A stretch of DNA of 32,000 bases from Carboxydichorda subterranea (GTDB lineage Bacteria; Bacillota; Limnochordia; Limnochordales; Geochordaceae): positions 2,045,722-2,077,721 of the forward strand of contig NZ_CP141615.1 of the NCBI RefSeq assembly GCF_035593305.1, read 5' to 3'. Below the pieces are notes generated by a model. The model was not told the origin of the DNA and ran no database searches. It saw only the letters and a program-made list of their open reading frames with translations. The position numbers and the translations under genes were made by a program. Positions 20,810 to 29,163 of the stretch are shown one piece after another; position 1 is the first letter of the stretch; each line of letters opens with the position of its first letter.

Positions 20810-21414
20810 GAGTCAACCTCATTCCCCCGGAGGACCGGGTCAAGCAGGGCCTGGTGCCGCTGGAGCCGATCCTCGGGGTGGTCGGAGTGTTCTTGGTGAC
20901 GGTGGCCGTCGTGCTGGGCAACTTCAACCAGCAGCAGCTGGCAGAGGCCGAACGGCGGGTCACGTCGCTGCGGCGGGTGGTGGCGGAGCTCCAGCCGTAC
21001 CAGGAGGAGCTCGCTCGGGTGCGAGACGAGACGCGGCGGGTCGAAGAGGCGCTGAAGGCGGGCACGGGGCAAAGCGAGGCACAAGCCGGGGTCAGGCCCC
21101 TCTCGGAGCTGGCGCGGCGAATGGCCGACGCCGCCCGGCGGCCGGGCACGGTGTGGCTGACCCGGCTCGCCTGGTCGCAAGGGCGCCTCCAGCTCGAGGG
21201 ACTCGCGACGGATGCGGCTTCCGTGACCGCCTTCCTCGCACACCTGACGGCGGACGGCGTCCTGCGGCAAACCCAGGGCAGCGTCAGCGCCGAGGGGGCG
21301 GGCGGGGTCGTGAGGTTTTCGTGCGAACTGGCGGTGAGCCCCGCAGGCGAGGCCGCGCCGGGCGCGGCACCGGGCAGCTCTGCCGGGAGCACGGCGGCGG
21401 GTGAGCGACGTTGA
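20806..21414 (+). CDS. pilN: PilN, bitopic pilus alignment protein
   Basis: The start is RVNLIPPEDR (INLLP-type motif), followed by a TM segment (ILGVVGVFLVTVAVVLG) and a coiled coil. The GTGA junction overlaps pilM. Confidence 0.8.
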   Translation: MRVNLIPPEDRVKQGLVPLEPILGVVGVFLVTVAVVLGNFNQQQLAEAERRVTSLRRVVAELQPYQEELARVRDETRRVEEALKAGTGQSEAQAGVRPLSELARRMADAARRPGTVWLTRLAWSQGRLQLEGLATDAASVTAFLAHLTADGVLRQTQGSVSAEGAGGVVRFSCELAVSPAGEAAPGAAPGSSAGSTAAGERR

Positions 21415-22643
21415 AGCTGCGTGCCGGAGTGCGCCTCGGCGGGCGCGTGCCCCTCGCCCCGGCGATGGTGGTCGCCCTCCTCCTGGGCGGCGGCGCCTAC
21501 TACCTCGCATGGTACCGGCCCGTGGCGGTCCGGACGGCGGCCATGCTGGCCGAGGCGAGCCGCCTCGAGGCAGAGGTGCAGGTCCTGAGCCGGGCACGCC
21601 TCGCGCTGCCGGAGGCGGAGCGGGCGCTCCAGGCGCTTCGCGCGCGCCAGGCCAGAGCGGCCGAACGCACGCCGCGGGTGGAGGACCTCCCGCGCGGGGC
21701 GGGATTCGTGTCGAGGGCGGCGGAGGTCGCCGGATTGCGCCCGCTGCGCGTGACGTACTCGCTGCAGGGGCCGGCCGCCCCTGCCCCGGACGCCAAAGCA
21801 GCCGCCGGCGGGGGATCGGTGAGGTTCGACGTGGAGGTGGAAGGGCCCTACGGCGGGCTCGTGAGCCTCGTCGAGACGATGGAGCGAGCGTTCGAGGGGG
21901 TGCAGTTCATCTCCCTCGCCGTGTCGCCCGCGCCACCGCCGGAACCAGCGCGCCTCGCGGCCCATGCGCCGTCCCAGGCGCAGGCCCAGGCCAACGTCCC
22001 GTTCTCGCCGCTGCTTGGGCAGGCCGCAGGGCAAGCCCCGGGCGGGACGCAGCCGGGTGTGACGGCAGGCCCCGGGGCCGGGAGTGAGGCGGCGCTCTCC
22101 GACCGGCTCTCGCAGGTGGCCGCGCTCTTCTCCTACCTGCAGATGCTGGCGATGCAGCAGTCGGGTGCCGTCACCGGGGTGCCGGTGGGGCAGCCGGCGG
22201 GTCCCCTCTCCCCCTCCGCCGCCTCCGGCTCTCCGGCTCCGGAGGTGACCGGCTCGCCGGCCGTCCGGGCGTCCTTGAGCTTCACGGTGGCGGTACGGGC
22301 AGCGGACGACCCGGTCTCCCGGGCGGTGGAGTGGAAGGCGCTTCCCCTTCCCGTAGCGAGCACGACGGGCGGGACGTCCAACCCCTTCGAGCCGTCCGAC
22401 AGGACCGCCGTCGAAGCCAGGCTGGCGCAAGCGCCGAGCCCGGAGGTCCCGGCTCTGCGGGTGACGGGCATCGCCCGGGGCTCCGACGGCTTCATGGCCG
22501 TGCTCGTCGTCGACGAACGCAGCCACCTGGTGCGTGACGGCACCCGCCTCGGACGGCTCACGGTGCGTACCGTGCGCGCCGGCGGGGTGGACGTGCAGGT
22601 AGAGGGCCGGCGGGTGTTCGTTCCCCTGCGCGTGGAGCCGTGA
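21411..22643 (+). CDS. PilO-like protein with an Ala/Pro-rich linker and a C-terminal PilP-like beta domain (apparent PilO-PilP fusion)
   Basis: The TTGA junction overlaps pilN. The N-terminus has a TM segment plus coiled coil (MVVALLLGGGAYYLAWYRPV...LEAEVQVL), as in PilO. The C-terminal sequence LRVTGIARGSDGFMAVLVVDERSHLVRDGTRLGRLTVRTVRAGGVDVQVEG resembles the PilP core. Confidence 0.6.
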   Translation: MKLRAGVRLGGRVPLAPAMVVALLLGGGAYYLAWYRPVAVRTAAMLAEASRLEAEVQVLSRARLALPEAERALQALRARQARAAERTPRVEDLPRGAGFVSRAAEVAGLRPLRVTYSLQGPAAPAPDAKAAAGGGSVRFDVEVEGPYGGLVSLVETMERAFEGVQFISLAVSPAPPPEPARLAAHAPSQAQAQANVPFSPLLGQAAGQAPGGTQPGVTAGPGAGSEAALSDRLSQVAALFSYLQMLAMQQSGAVTGVPVGQPAGPLSPSAASGSPAPEVTGSPAVRASLSFTVAVRAADDPVSRAVEWKALPLPVASTTGGTSNPFEPSDRTAVEARLAQAPSPEVPALRVTGIARGSDGFMAVLVVDERSHLVRDGTRLGRLTVRTVRAGGVDVQVEGRRVFVPLRVEP

Positions 22644-22693
22644 CGGCCCGTGGAAGAGCTTACGGGAAAACGGCAGAAGAGGAGACCGGCAAG

Positions 22694-23932
22694 ATGCGAA
22701 GATCGGGAAGGTTGGCCATCATCGCGCTGGCGTGGGCCTTCGCTCTCGCGGCGGCGACCCTGAACGCCGCAGGTGGCATGGCAGCCGAGGCGGCGGCGCC
22801 GGCAGGCCCGCCGGGCTCGCCGCCGGCAAACGGTACCAGGACGCCTGCTCCCACCCCCGCCGGCCGGGGCGAGCTCGTCGACATGGCCTTCCAGAAGGCC
22901 GACGTGGCCGACGTCTTCCAGGTGCTCGGGGAGCTGGCCGGCCTCAACGTGCTGGTCGACCCGTCGGCGAGCGGCCAGGTGACGTTCTTCCTGCACCGGA
23001 TCCCCGCCATGGACGCCATCGACCTGGTGGCCCGGGCGAGCGGGTTGGGCTACAAGATCGTCGACGGGACGCTCATCGTGGCGGCGCCGCAGCGGCTGCA
23101 GGCACAGTTCGCCCGGGAGGCGGTGGCGACGGTGGCGCTGCGCTACCTGGCCCCCGCCGACGCCGAACGGCTGGTCAAGACCGTCGTACCGGGCATCCAA
23201 ACGGTCGTCGACACCCGGTCGTCGGCCATCGTGATGCGGGGAAGCGAAGAGGACGTCGCCCGGGCCAAGCAACTCCTCGCCCGCCACGACGTGGCCGCCA
23301 TCCCGGAGCTGCAGTTCGACGCCGCTCCCGTGGCAACGGTGCTGCTGGCCCTGGCGAAGGCCGGCGGCATGAGCCTCGTCGTCGAGGGCCAGCTGGCCGG
23401 GACGGTCACGCTCTACCTGCGGCCCGGCACGGCGGTGAAGGACGCGCTCGACATTGTGGCCCGTCAGACGGGGATCACCTATCGCATCGGCGAGGACAAC
23501 CTCCTGGTGGTCACTCCTCCGGGCCCGCAGGCGCTGCAGACCCAGAGCGCCCCTGCGGCGCAGGCCCGGGCCTACGAGCTTCACTTCATCCCCGTCGAGA
23601 CCGCGGCGGGGCTCCTGGCAGCGGCTCTGCCCGACGTGAAGGCCCAGAGCGTGCCCGGCACGAGCGTGCTCATGCTGCAGGGCACGCCGGCGCAGATGCA
23701 GCGGGCGGAGGCCCTGCTGAGGTCGTTCGACCGGCCGTCCGTGCGGGTGGCCGGCATCATGCAGGTCGGCGACGAGCTGCGAGCGCTGGTCGAGATCGGC
23801 GGCCGCAGCTACGTGGTCCGGGAGGGAAGCCAGGTCGGGCCGCTGGTCGTCACGAGCGTCACCAAGGAAGGGGTCACCCTGGCCCTCGACGGGCAGGAGA
23901 TCGCGGCCCCGGCGGGTGGTGCGCTGCGATGA
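22694..23932 (+). CDS. Secreted protein built from secretin-type N-terminal (N0/N1-like) modules plus a PilP-like C-terminal domain, with no secretin pore domain
   Basis: It has a signal peptide (MRRSGRLAIIALAWAFALAAATLNA). GAGGAG lies 9 nt upstream of ATG 22694. An alternative coupled start is GTG 22640 (GTGA with the upstream stop). Its N0-like module (VDMAFQKADVADVFQVLGELAGLNVLVDP...IDLVARASGLGYKIVDGTLIVAAP) is paralogous to the PilQ N-terminus. The C-terminus is VRVAGIMQVGDELRALVEIGGRSYVVREGSQVGPLVVTSVTKEGVTL. Confidence 0.6.
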   Translation: MRRSGRLAIIALAWAFALAAATLNAAGGMAAEAAAPAGPPGSPPANGTRTPAPTPAGRGELVDMAFQKADVADVFQVLGELAGLNVLVDPSASGQVTFFLHRIPAMDAIDLVARASGLGYKIVDGTLIVAAPQRLQAQFAREAVATVALRYLAPADAERLVKTVVPGIQTVVDTRSSAIVMRGSEEDVARAKQLLARHDVAAIPELQFDAAPVATVLLALAKAGGMSLVVEGQLAGTVTLYLRPGTAVKDALDIVARQTGITYRIGEDNLLVVTPPGPQALQTQSAPAAQARAYELHFIPVETAAGLLAAALPDVKAQSVPGTSVLMLQGTPAQMQRAEALLRSFDRPSVRVAGIMQVGDELRALVEIGGRSYVVREGSQVGPLVVTSVTKEGVTLALDGQEIAAPAGGALR

Positions 23933-25773
23933 GCGGCACCGTGCAGGCTGGCAAGTGGTCCCGCCTCGCCGCGGCCGGTCTCGCCCTGCTCGGGCTCGCC
24001 GTGGCTGCGGCGACCGGGGCCCTGGCGGCAGCGCCGGTACCGGGCGCGGGGGCCTCCGGCGAGGGACAGGAGGCGCAGGTGTCGCTCGCCTTTCAAGACG
24101 CGGACGTACGGGAGATCTTCGCGTCGCTGGCCGACGCGGCCGGATGGAACTTCGTCGCGCTGCCCGACCTCACGGGCAAGGCGACGCTCGCGATCAAGGG
24201 CCTGAGCGTGGAGCAGGCCGTCGACATGGTGGCCCGGGCGACGGGGTTCGCGTACGTGCTGTCGGCCAACACGCTGGTGGTGGGCGCCCGATCCTCGCTG
24301 GAAGCCCGCTTCGACCCGGAGGGCGTGCGGCCCGATCGGCCGGCGGCGCCGAAGCCTGCTCCACCGGCGGAAGAGACGGCTACCGAGTTCGTACGGCTCA
24401 ACTACGTGCGGGCGGCGGCCATGAAGCAGCTCGCCACCATGGTTCTGCCGGAGGGGGCCATCCGCGTCGACGAGGCCAGCAACCTGCTGGTGGTGCAAGG
24501 CACGGCGCAGCAGCTGGATGCGCTGCGCCGGCTCGTCGCCGAGTACGACCGGCCGCCGGCCCAGGTGCTCATCGAGGCCCGGGTCGAGGAGGTGCTGGGC
24601 AACGCCACGGAGGACCTGGGTCTGGCATGGCAGCTGCCGAGGGTCGGGGTGTCGCTGGCCCCGCGGTTCGGCTCGGTCAGGCTCGACCCGGAGGAATTGC
24701 TGGCCACGTTGCATGCCCTCGAGGAGCAGGGACGGAGCCGTCTGCTCGCCCGGCCCCAGGTGACGACCATCAACGGGCAGGCGGCCACCATCTTCATCGG
24801 CGACGAGATCCCCATCATCCTCAAGGGGCAGGGCGACGCCCCGGACACGCTGCAGACCATCACAGCGGGCGTGCGGCTGGAGATCACGCCGTTCGTGGGG
24901 AGCGACGGCACCATCACGGCCGACGTGAAGCCGGAGGTGAGCACCATCGCCGGCTACCGCGTGGCCGGCGACCAACAGCTGCCCCAGATCCGGACGCGCA
25001 AGGCTCAGACCCGGATCCGGGTCAAGGACGGCGAGCCCATCGTCATCGGCGGGCTCATCAACCAGCAGGAGAGCGAGACGGTGTCGGGCCTGCCGGTGCT
25101 CAAGGAGTTTCCGGTGCTGGGCGGGTTCTTCTCGACCACCCGCACCGACCAGCAGCAGAGCGAGATGCTCATCTTCCTCATTCCCAGGGTCCTGCCGGGC
25201 GAAGGGGCGACAGCGAAAGCCGAGCAGGGCCAGGCAGGCTCCAACGGGGCGGCGGCTCCGGGAAGTCGGGAGCAAGGGTCGACGGCCGGCGAACGCACCA
25301 GGTGGCAGATGCCGTCTTTCGAGCGCCCGCAGCAGTGGGCCATCCGGCTCGATGCCGCCGGGGCCCAGGAGTCGGCGTGGGAGATCGGGGTCGAACGGCC
25401 CGTGGGCACGGCACAAACGGCGACCACCAGCCTTGTCCTGACTCCGGTCTCGGCGGGTAGCGAAAGAGCAAGTGCCTGGGGCCTGGGTCTCAGCTGGCGC
25501 TGGTATTACCCGTCGTCTCTGGGCGGCGCGTGGTTGGGGCTGGGGGGCGAGGTGATCTGGCCCAACGCCGGGGTGGGCTCGGTGGCAGCCGGCACAGGCC
25601 TGACCGTCGTGAGCATCGAGGCGGGAGCGCGTACGCCCATCGAGCGGGTACCGTTGTTCCTGGAGCCGTTCGTGCGGTGGGTGCCGGCGGTATGGGGCGA
25701 TGCGGCGCTCGTGGAGCTGCCCCGCAGGACGCCGGGCCTGTGGTTGGGTCTCGACGTGGGGTGGGCGTTTTGA
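23929..25773 (+). CDS. pilQ: Type IV pilus secretin with a C-terminal extension of about 190 aa
   Basis: ATG 23929 overlaps the upstream stop (ATGA). A signal peptide and an N0 module (VSLAFQDADVREIFASLADAAGWNFV...) are present. The canonical secretin core is LLARPQVTTINGQAATIFIGDEIPI...IVIGGLINQQESETVSGLPVLKEFPVLGGFFS...SEMLIFLIPRVL. Confidence 0.9.
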   Translation: MSGTVQAGKWSRLAAAGLALLGLAVAAATGALAAAPVPGAGASGEGQEAQVSLAFQDADVREIFASLADAAGWNFVALPDLTGKATLAIKGLSVEQAVDMVARATGFAYVLSANTLVVGARSSLEARFDPEGVRPDRPAAPKPAPPAEETATEFVRLNYVRAAAMKQLATMVLPEGAIRVDEASNLLVVQGTAQQLDALRRLVAEYDRPPAQVLIEARVEEVLGNATEDLGLAWQLPRVGVSLAPRFGSVRLDPEELLATLHALEEQGRSRLLARPQVTTINGQAATIFIGDEIPIILKGQGDAPDTLQTITAGVRLEITPFVGSDGTITADVKPEVSTIAGYRVAGDQQLPQIRTRKAQTRIRVKDGEPIVIGGLINQQESETVSGLPVLKEFPVLGGFFSTTRTDQQQSEMLIFLIPRVLPGEGATAKAEQGQAGSNGAAAPGSREQGSTAGERTRWQMPSFERPQQWAIRLDAAGAQESAWEIGVERPVGTAQTATTSLVLTPVSAGSERASAWGLGLSWRWYYPSSLGGAWLGLGGEVIWPNAGVGSVAAGTGLTVVSIEAGARTPIERVPLFLEPFVRWVPAVWGDAALVELPRRTPGLWLGLDVGWAF

Positions 25774-25864
25774 ACGCGGCCCGGCCAGCGGGACGGGCGC
25801 GGCATCGTCCTGCTGGATGCGGGCAGGTCACGGGCCGAATCCACCCGGAAATGGGGTGAGCCAC

Positions 25865-27226
25865 ATGTGCAACCCCCGATGCAAACAGAGGCCCGGATGG
25901 GCGCCAGGCTTCTCGTCCTGGCGGCCGCGCCGTGCCAGCGGGCGTGATCCCCGCCGCGGCGAAGAGGGCTACTTCCTCGTCATGGCCCTCATCCTCACCA
26001 CGGCGGTGATGGTGATGGCGAGCGGGCTGGCTCTGGTGAGCACAGCGTCTCTGCGGGCCGCCCGGCACGCCCTCGACCGCGCTCGAGCCCTTTACGCCGC
26101 CGAGTCGGGGATGAACGTCGCCATCCACGCCGTGGAGACAGATGCCATCGGCAACGATCCCTGGACCGCGGAGGTCCCCGGCTGGTACAGGGTGACGGTC
26201 AACGGCAAGGACGGCGAGCGGTGCCCGGACATCGCGCGAACGGTCTATGCAGACGGGTGGAGTGGCAGCGTTCACCGAAGGTTCAGCGCGAGGCTGAGGC
26301 TTACGACCACCCCTTTCCCCCGGGAAAAGGTGGTCACTGCTGGGTGTGAGGCTGACTACTTCGATCCGCTCCTGACATTCAAGCCAATAGACCAAATCTC
26401 GCCCCCGCACGGGTGGACACGATGGCCAGGCGGGTCGGTCACGGTCCCCGCTGGAAGCCATGTCGACTACAGGGTCGACGGGCCCCTGTATCTAGGGCCG
26501 GGGACCACGGTCACTGTGTCCCCGGACGCGGCAATGAACCTGTTCATCAACGGCGACCTCTTCGTCGACGACGGCGTAACTCTGAACGTCTCGGCAGGCG
26601 CGAAAGTCAACTTCTACACCTACGGTAGCATTCATCTGGGCGCCAACACTCTTGGCTCCACCGTGCTAGGCAGCAAGCTCAACGTCAATACGAGCGAGTA
26701 CGTGGTGTTTCATGTTCAGCAGGCGCTGACCACAAGTCCAGGCTCGGCGATCGTCGTGACCCGCCCGGAGGGTGATGAGACCGGTGGGGTCGTTTTCGTG
26801 ATGTCGAACGAAGGATCCGGCCCCGCGACCATCTACCCGTACACGAGCATCATTCAGATGATTCTTGATACGCTGACGAACGCGTTGAAAGAGGCCTTCC
26901 CCGAGTTTTCCATAGACCTGTGTAAACTCTTCCGGCCACTATGCTCGCCCCCATCCCAGATGGCCGTTTACGCTCCCACTCGTTGGATTACCGGTGTCTC
27001 CCTCCCTTGGTCGGATCCTAAAGTGAAAGGGTCCTTGGTGGGCCAGGCCATAACTGACCAGTGCAATTCCTTCACCGTCAAGGTACTCATCTTCACGTGG
27101 ACATTGGGCTGTGGCGACAGCTATGGTATGGACGTTTATGCTGATCCCACGTTTAAAAAGTTTCCGTTTACGAACCCATCCCGGATGATATCCGGATCCT
27201 GGAAAGAGGTCCAGGTGGTCCCGTGA
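25865..27226 (+). CDS. PilX_N-like pilus-associated protein with a large beta-helix-like, Cys-containing C-terminal domain
   Basis: The sequence EEGYFLVMALILTTAVMVMASGLALVSTASLRAARHALDRARALYAAESG fits the PilX N-terminal domain pattern (hydrophobic helix, then A.AE.G). The rest has repetitive strand-turn motifs (VTVSPDAAMNLFINGDLFVDDGVTLNVSAGAKVNFYTYGSIHLG). The start is uncertain (25865 or 25817). Confidence 0.55.
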   Translation: MCNPRCKQRPGWAPGFSSWRPRRASGRDPRRGEEGYFLVMALILTTAVMVMASGLALVSTASLRAARHALDRARALYAAESGMNVAIHAVETDAIGNDPWTAEVPGWYRVTVNGKDGERCPDIARTVYADGWSGSVHRRFSARLRLTTTPFPREKVVTAGCEADYFDPLLTFKPIDQISPPHGWTRWPGGSVTVPAGSHVDYRVDGPLYLGPGTTVTVSPDAAMNLFINGDLFVDDGVTLNVSAGAKVNFYTYGSIHLGANTLGSTVLGSKLNVNTSEYVVFHVQQALTTSPGSAIVVTRPEGDETGGVVFVMSNEGSGPATIYPYTSIIQMILDTLTNALKEAFPEFSIDLCKLFRPLCSPPSQMAVYAPTRWITGVSLPWSDPKVKGSLVGQAITDQCNSFTVKVLIFTWTLGCGDSYGMDVYADPTFKKFPFTNPSRMISGSWKEVQVVP

Positions 27227-27654
27227 CCGGACGTGCTCGAAAGCCTAGCGGCTGTCAGGAAGATGGGGTCGAGGGCTTTAGCCTGATCGAAGTACTCGCA
27301 GGAATCGTGATCGTCGCTGTTGCCCTTGGTGGCCTGTATGTCCTGTACAGCACCATCGTCCGGATCGACGCCCACCGGCGCCAGTTGACCGAAGCCACGG
27401 CAACATTGACGTCGACGGCCGAAGAGATCAAGAGCATGCCATGGGAGCAGTTAGTCAGATTTCCCGGTGAAGAATGCCCATCAACCATACCCGTCCCTCG
27501 GGGACTCGCTCTTCGCTGCACGCGACAGGCCGAACCACCCGAAACTGATCTGAAGACCGCCCTATTGGTGAGGGTAACCATCGAGGTAAGGGATCAGGAG
27601 ACGGGCCGATTGGTGGCCGATGTCACATTGCTCCGGGCCAAAGAGGGTTTCTGA
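27223..27654 (+). CDS. Minor (pseudo)pilin with a prepilin-type N-terminal cleavage/methylation domain
   Basis: The cleavage motif is VEG|FSLIEVLAGIVIVAVALGGL. The GTGA junction overlaps the upstream gene. Confidence 0.75.
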   Translation: MTGRARKPSGCQEDGVEGFSLIEVLAGIVIVAVALGGLYVLYSTIVRIDAHRRQLTEATATLTSTAEEIKSMPWEQLVRFPGEECPSTIPVPRGLALRCTRQAEPPETDLKTALLVRVTIEVRDQETGRLVADVTLLRAKEGF

Positions 27655-27660
27655 GCCAGC

Positions 27661-28239
27661 ATGAAAACGCGCCCAGGCACAAGGCTCGGACGTACGGCAC
27701 ACGGGCCACGCGCGTGCCGATGGGCGGGTTTCAGCCTGCTCGAAGTCATGCTCGCAACGGCCATTCTCGGGATCGTCCTATCCGGGCTGGTAGGCGCCAT
27801 CATCGGGCTTGTGCGTCTTGACCAAGTGCTGTCCGCCAGGGCCCGTGCCGAAAGCATGGTCACCGCCGTGCTCTCCCAGATGCTGTACGGCAGCGCGCAG
27901 CGGCCGGGAGTGGTCGCTGCCAGCAAACTCGTCGTCCCCGGCGGGGTCGGCGCCAGCACGGCGCAACTCAAGTACCGCGTCGATACCCCGGGCGGGGAAA
28001 CGGTTTACGACTACGCCTGCGAGGCAGGGGCGCTGACGTTGACCGTCACCTCGGGCGGGGCCACCGCGGTGCGGGAGACGCTGCTCGCCCCCGTCGCAGG
28101 TTTCACGGCGAGTCTACAGCACCTGTCCGACGGTACGCCGGTCGTTCGCATCGAAATCCAGGTCGAGGTGCCCACGCTTACCGGAACGACCGTCTGGAGC
28201 GTGGCCCAGGAGGGGGTTCCGCGCAACGGAGTTTGGTGA
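27661..28239 (+). CDS. Minor (pseudo)pilin with a prepilin-type N-terminal cleavage/methylation domain
   Basis: The cleavage motif is WAG|FSLLEVMLATAILGIVLSGLV. The start is ATG 27661. Confidence 0.75.
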   Translation: MKTRPGTRLGRTAHGPRACRWAGFSLLEVMLATAILGIVLSGLVGAIIGLVRLDQVLSARARAESMVTAVLSQMLYGSAQRPGVVAASKLVVPGGVGASTAQLKYRVDTPGGETVYDYACEAGALTLTVTSGGATAVRETLLAPVAGFTASLQHLSDGTPVVRIEIQVEVPTLTGTTVWSVAQEGVPRNGVW

Positions 28240-28252
28240 CCGTGGCGTAAAC

Positions 28253-29020
28253 TTGCCGGTGGGCCTCGTGATCCCGTTCGTGGCCGTGCTGGGGATGGCG
28301 GTCGGTAGCTTCGTGAGCGCTGCCGTTTACAGGTTGGCTCGAGGCATCACGGTGGTGCGGGGCCGTTCGCGGTGCCCCCACTGCCAGCACGTTTTGGGTG
28401 CCGCGGACCTCGTTCCCCTGGTGAGCTACGTGTGGAGCCGGGGGAGATGCCGCTACTGCGGCGTCCGGATCTCGCCCATGTACCCGCTGCTCGAGGTAAC
28501 ATGTGCGTCAGGCTTCGTGTTGCTGTGGCTGGCCAGCGCCACTCCCGCCATGTGGGTGGTGCGCGCCACGCTCTTCTCGCTCCTCGTTGCGCTCGTGCTG
28601 ACGGATCTCCAGGCGGGCACGCTGCCCGACGCGCTCACGGTGACGGGGCTCATGCTGGCGACAGGATTCGCCGCCGCCGGTTGGTCAGTTGGGCTGAACC
28701 AGGCTCTCGTCGGCGCCGCTGTGGGAGCGGCCACGATTCTGGTCATCGTATGGGCCAGCCGGGGCGGGATGGGCATCGGGGACGCCAAGATGCTCGCCAT
28801 GATCGGGGCGTTCTTGGGGCCGTGGGGGGCGCTGGGAACGCTTGTTTGGGGCAGCTTCCTCGGGAGCGTGGTCGGGGCGGGGCTGCTGCTGACCGGACGG
28901 GCGACCCGCAAGACCAAGCTACCGTTCGGGCCGTTCCTGGCGGCCGGGGCCTTGCTGGCCCAGTGGACGGTGCCCCTCTGGCTGCGGTTCGTTGGACTGG
29001 GAGCTCCCCCTGGCTCATGA
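28253..29020 (+). CDS. pilD: Prepilin peptidase / N-methyltransferase (peptidase A24)
   Basis: The N-terminal Cys pairs CPHC...CRYC are present, followed by multiple TM segments. The catalytic-Asp motif is GMGIGDAKMLAMIGAFLG. The start is TTG 28253 or the in-frame GTG 28259. Confidence 0.9.
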   Translation: MPVGLVIPFVAVLGMAVGSFVSAAVYRLARGITVVRGRSRCPHCQHVLGAADLVPLVSYVWSRGRCRYCGVRISPMYPLLEVTCASGFVLLWLASATPAMWVVRATLFSLLVALVLTDLQAGTLPDALTVTGLMLATGFAAAGWSVGLNQALVGAAVGAATILVIVWASRGGMGIGDAKMLAMIGAFLGPWGALGTLVWGSFLGSVVGAGLLLTGRATRKTKLPFGPFLAAGALLAQWTVPLWLRFVGLGAPPGS

Positions 29021-29120
29021 CTTCGCGCTGAGCGTGCGCTCTCGGCGTCGGGCGGGGCAGGTACCAGGCTGCCCGCCGTATTGGAAGCCTCCGGGGAGGA
29101 ACCGGCGCTACGGGCCGGCG

Positions 29121-29150
29121 AAAGGCACGCTTCTTTTCGAAGCGCCTGGC
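29121..29150 (-). terminator. Hairpin downstream of the radical SAM gene (candidate intrinsic terminator)
   Basis: The minus-strand RNA reads GGCGCUUC-GAAAA-GAAGCGUGCC followed by UUUCGCC. It lies 14 nt after the stop codon. The U-tract is short. Confidence 0.35.
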
Positions 29151-29163
29151 AGCCGAGGTTGGA

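Noticed and set aside
22732-23928. The first 1.2 kb of the 1013-aa ORF 22732-25773, which would make PilQ much longer
   Set aside because: This part is out of frame with, and overlaps, the well-formed N-domain protein (frame of 22640/22694). It translates to Arg/Gly-rich nonsense. PilQ plausibly starts at ATG 23929, which gives an ATGA coupling and a signal peptide.
20391-25416. A series of long minus-strand ORFs (20391-22526, 22133-23584, 23809-25416) opposite pilM through pilQ
   Set aside because: They are shadow frames with no motifs and Arg/Pro/Gly-rich products. The plus-strand genes form a coherent, translationally coupled operon.
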